Shown: positions 21,901 to 22,483 of the stretch, piece by piece
Layout: every line of letters starts with the position of its first letter
Numbering within the stretch: position 1 is the first letter of the stretch
Origin: Macrostomum lignano
Taxonomy: Eukaryota
Assembly: GCA_002269645.1 (NCBI GenBank)
Contig: NIVC01000394.1
Span: 1-22,483, forward strand
Reading direction: 5' to 3'
Length of the DNA: 22,483 bases
Made by a program: the position numbers and the translations under genes
The notes under the pieces: model-generated
The model's input: the letters and a program-made list of their open reading frames with translations, nothing else
Databases searched by the model: none
What the model was told of the DNA's origin: nothing

Positions 21901-22327
21901 CTTCGACTATCGACATCGTCGACTATCACGGCGCCGGCGGCGGCATTGTCGTCGGCATCGTCGAGACGGCGAGCCAGAGCCCGCAGGCCGTCCAGCTGGG
22001 CGAGCTTGGCCTCCAGGCTGGGCCGCGGCGCCCGCAGCGACTTCAGCTCGGCCTCGGCAGCGGCCAGGCGGGCCCGACGGTTGCCAGCGGCGAGGCCAGT
22101 TCAGCGAGTTGATCGGCGCGCCGGCGAAGTCGCTCGGCGCAGTCGGCCAGGCGGGCCTCCAAATCAGCGAGTTCGTCACCGGCGACCGACGCGGCGGTTG
22201 AAGGTCGGCGAACTTCGAGGAGGCTCGAGTCGACCTCCTGGATGCCGGAGTCGGCGAGGCGAGACGCAAAATCGACAAGCGACGCGAGTCGGTCCTTCCC
22301 GGATGTGGCCGCCTCCGACTGCAGATC
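917..22327 (-). CDS. SYNE1: Internal portion (18 exons, about 3,190 aa, about 30 spectrin repeats) of a giant spectrin-repeat protein, nesprin-1/MSP-300-like; both ends lie outside the window
   Basis: Joined exons give continuous spectrin repeats with helix-A Trp and recurring motifs (VLPDTGRAGQEQIRSRL, VLPATSGAGRDRLRQ, NTAPKGRPAIRDRLSELQRRW). All junctions are phase-compatible. No CH or KASH domain is visible, so orthology rests on repeat style only. Confidence 0.6.
1345..1497 (-). CDS. Exon 17 (VIQEEIHNRK...YQTLLAQCT)
   Basis: Acceptor ttcgcgcttcccag|GTG, donor ACG|gtaatt; 153 nt; continues helix B/C of the repeat begun in exon 16. Confidence 0.88.
2614..2675. repeat. Short tandem repeat, 23 bp x about 2.7 (ggggatttccctgtaggtagcat)
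   Basis: Copies start at 2614, 2637 and 2660. Confidence 0.85.
2789..3076 (-). CDS. Exon 16 (SLVDKAAAAGDYL...QARDFQ)
   Basis: Acceptor ttctcccaaatcag|TCC, donor CAG|gtaggc; 288 nt. Confidence 0.9.
3079..3670. repeat. Minisatellite, 30-bp unit of two 15-bp halves (gggatttgggagaat + gggatttcgtttgat), abutting the exon 16 acceptor
   Basis: Direct tandem periodicity, about 20 copies. Confidence 0.95.
3790..3999 (-). CDS. Exon 15 (ASLAGRVSELE...ANREGQ)
   Basis: Acceptor ccaaccgcacccag|GCG, donor CAG|gtgaga; 210 nt. Confidence 0.92.
4015..4595. repeat. Minisatellite of 9-11 bp gggatcttt monomers organised as a 49-bp higher-order unit
   Basis: ca(c/t)tgtggg recurs at 4063, 4112, 4161, 4210; the array degenerates toward 4595. 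Confidence 0.93.
4706..5143 (-). CDS. Exon 14 (IRSRLASLRDLF...RRFSRLQ)
   Basis: Acceptor cccatcctcccag|ATC, donor CAG|gtgggg; 438 nt. Confidence 0.9.
5245..5832. repeat. Minisatellite, about 32-bp unit cattgacccccaatcccattatacaatgggga with an internal inverted repeat
   Basis: About 18 copies; an internal block of about 98 bp is duplicated (5551 vs 5649). Confidence 0.95.
5856..6956 (-). CDS. Exon 13 (SSRLREQPLP...TGRAGQEQ)
   Basis: Acceptor ccccaattccag|TCG, donor CAG|gttggc; 1101 nt; core of ORF 5745..6992. Confidence 0.92.
7001..8450. repeat. Minisatellite, 17-bp unit catagattcacagatt(a/c/g) / catagattcacggatgc, about 84 copies
   Basis: catag recurs every 17 bp (7029, 7046, 7063 ...). 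Confidence 0.98.
8451..8995. repeat. Degenerate transition, then a 26-bp unit catagattcacagagttcacagattc (about 10 copies, about 8720-8990)
   Basis: ccatag at 8772, 8798, 8824 ...; the unit equals the 17-bp unit plus a 9-bp sub-repeat. Confidence 0.95.
9031..9289 (-). CDS. Exon 12 (VNDLSLTKEEGQ...WLADQ), phase 2 to 0
   Basis: Acceptor tcaaatttcag|A, donor CAG|gtaaac. Confidence 0.92.
9543..10005 (-). CDS. Exon 11 (VTGLNKRWSEF...ELQRQLDR), one base short (frameshift near 9803-9807)
   Basis: Acceptor aaaccgccag|GTA, donor GATAG|gtacgt. 463 nt where phase requires 464. The frame switches at LSEL/ADLLQDTG. Confidence 0.85.
10323..10659 (-). CDS. Exon 10 (LRDADRRL...QAQSGQ), phase 2 to 0
   Basis: Acceptor catccccctgacag|A, donor CAG|gtgagc. 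Confidence 0.92.
10700..10920. repeat. 25-bp tandem repeat x about 3.5 (ggtgtcactctccattggtcactct, 10700-10787) plus degenerate gatcggtcact copies (about 10845-10920)
   Basis: Units start at 10700, 10725 and 10750. Confidence 0.85.
10935..11291 (-). CDS. Exon 9 (WDSCLADLGRSRQQL...ELTGR), phase 2 to 2
   Basis: Acceptor taacttcag|A TGG restores the conserved helix-C Trp (LQDR-W); donor GGAAG|gtgagg. Confidence 0.9.
11459..11976 (-). CDS. Exon 8 (AAEPRPNAEEK...QQLQDR), phase 0 to 2
   Basis: Acceptor tttcattaatccag|GCA, donor GACAG|gttcgt. Confidence 0.9.
12129..12395 (-). CDS. Exon 7 (DLSRAQAEGEQRL...AEAHLK)
   Basis: Acceptor aacaactcag|GAC, donor AAA|gtaagc; 267 nt. Confidence 0.9.
12962..13310 (-). 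repeat. About 28-bp tandem array, about 12 copies, each carrying a Pol III B-box core (GGTTCGAATCC or a variant)
   Basis: + strand unit ggattcgaaccaacgactttctaagaca. Confidence 0.92.
13293..13357 (-). mobile_element. tRNA-derived SINE-like head (Pol III A box + B box), tRNA-Met-like
   Basis: Minus strand reads GGGCTGTT-TAGCCGGGTGG(A box, 13349-13339)-TTTACAGCGTTTGCTT-CAT-GATCGGGAAGTCGTT-GGTTCGAATCC(B box, 13304-13294). Box spacing is tRNA-like but the stems do not pair. Confidence 0.6.
13406..13828 (-). CDS. Exon 6 (MSAWLQEKQ...SRLDRLD)
   Basis: Acceptor ccctctctcccccgcag|ATG, donor GAC|gtgagt; 423 nt. Confidence 0.93.
13858..14140. repeat. Degenerate 16-18 bp minisatellite with a TGACGTCA (CRE) core
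   Basis: Perfect TGACGTCA at 13916, 13964, 13998, 14031 and 14063, plus TGACGTAA and half sites. Confidence 0.9.
14146..14622 (-). CDS. Exon 5 (SMEPDLNNL...LGEQLEQ)
   Basis: Acceptor caacaccccag|TCG with upstream CTAAT, donor CAG|gtgaga. An alternative in-frame acceptor lies at 14701. Confidence 0.85.
14745..15420. repeat. 11-bp minisatellite (actagatccca / actagatcctc) with a 319-bp internal duplication offset
   Basis: The unique variant string atcaaaactagatcatcaccggatcccaaatagatcc occurs at 14861 and 15180. Confidence 0.95.
15476..15991 (-). CDS. Exon 4 (ALLSRAEQEAQ...LQRLLDDVQ)
   Basis: Acceptor aaatcatgcag|GCT, donor CAG|gtgagg; 516 nt in frame. Confidence 0.92.
15992..17520 (-). other. 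Probable non-canonical GC-AG intron
   Basis: AAG|gcatgc ... atgcag|GCT is the junction that preserves the 36-residue RY...W spacing seen in other repeats. Confidence 0.75.
16880..17365. repeat. 33-bp minisatellite ctctagagacaggcactctaatacaccttgtca, degenerate toward 16880
   Basis: Units at 17051, 17084 ...; no unique spacers. Confidence 0.93.
17521..19222 (-). CDS. Exon 3 (NLRQTYSQL...RYERLRSLAK), phase 2 to 0, ends at a GC donor
   Basis: Acceptor aatattcag|C AAC matches the phase-2 upstream donor. Donor AAG|gcatgc chosen by helix register. Core of ORF 17446..19305. Confidence 0.88.
19345..19890. repeat. 23-bp minisatellite ggggaatcccaaat(c/t)ttcaaact with degenerate flanks
   Basis: Core about 19440-19790; about 8 perfect GGGGAATCCC copies. 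Confidence 0.93.
19907..21003 (-). CDS. Exon 2 (SRLHDIRTREPVLE...AAAHELCS), phase 0 to 2
   Basis: Acceptor ttcctctccgtccgcag|TCG, donor TGCAG|gtgagc; matches ORF 19903..20970. Confidence 0.93.
21380..22327 (-). CDS. Exon 1 of window (DLQSEAATSG...EKRSQLHFHR); contains several frameshifts
   Basis: Acceptor gcatcggcag|GAT, donor AGG|gtgagt. Spectrin-like peptide switches between two frames at about 22085, 21875, 21817 and 21715. Confidence 0.75.
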
Positions 22328-22483
22328 CTGCCGATGCGGGGCGGTAGTAGATTGATCGATATTTACCTACCATTCTAGGAAAGCAATAATAGTCCGTTAA
22401 AACCCAATCACTTTCTCACCTGTCAGTCAATGAGAAAAACCAAATATATTTATGTTTAATGAGAAATTGGATCCTCAGGTAGA

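Noticed and set aside
17753-22347. Long plus-strand and off-frame ORFs over exons (for example 21298-22347 +, 20158-21105 +, 17753-18457 +, 18206-18865 -)
   Set aside because: Shadow ORFs of very GC-rich coding DNA with few stop codons; low-complexity R/P/A/S peptides that exactly overlie the real exons.
22367-22374. 4- or 8-nt microexon (tttcctag|AATG|gtaggt or |AATGGTAG|gtaaat) just before exon 1
   Set aside because: The 8-nt form encodes a stop in the needed phase. The 4-nt form cannot be tested without the upstream exon and leaves only a 43-nt intron.

Overview
Eukaryotic (animal) genomic DNA with no prokaryotic features. The whole window is the internal part of one large minus-strand gene encoding a giant spectrin-repeat rod protein. 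The repeat signature (LP-x-T-x-x-x-G-R/Q-x-x-I/L-R-x-x-x-x-x-L-x-x-x-W, DKxxLxxRLDRL) is nesprin-1/SYNE1/MSP-300-like. I reconstructed 18 exons by hand (about 9.57 kb, about 3,190 aa, about 30 spectrin repeats) using splice signals, intron phase and helix register. Neither the start nor the stop codon is in the window. Exons are very GC- and CpG-rich. Introns are AT-rich, and most long introns are filled by their own unrelated minisatellite. Most notable: a 12-nt in-frame microexon candidate (DLLE) flanked by STAR/QKI, Rbfox and UGC motifs; a GC-AG intron; a tRNA-derived SINE head whose B box has amplified into a tandem array; intronic arrays of CRE and kB-like sites; a recurring palindrome CGATACATATCG; two AG|GT ratchet-like sites; and frameshifts in two exons (assembly error or a decaying copy). 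The composition resembles the flatworm Macrostomum, but that is an unverified inference. Repeat boundaries are approximate.
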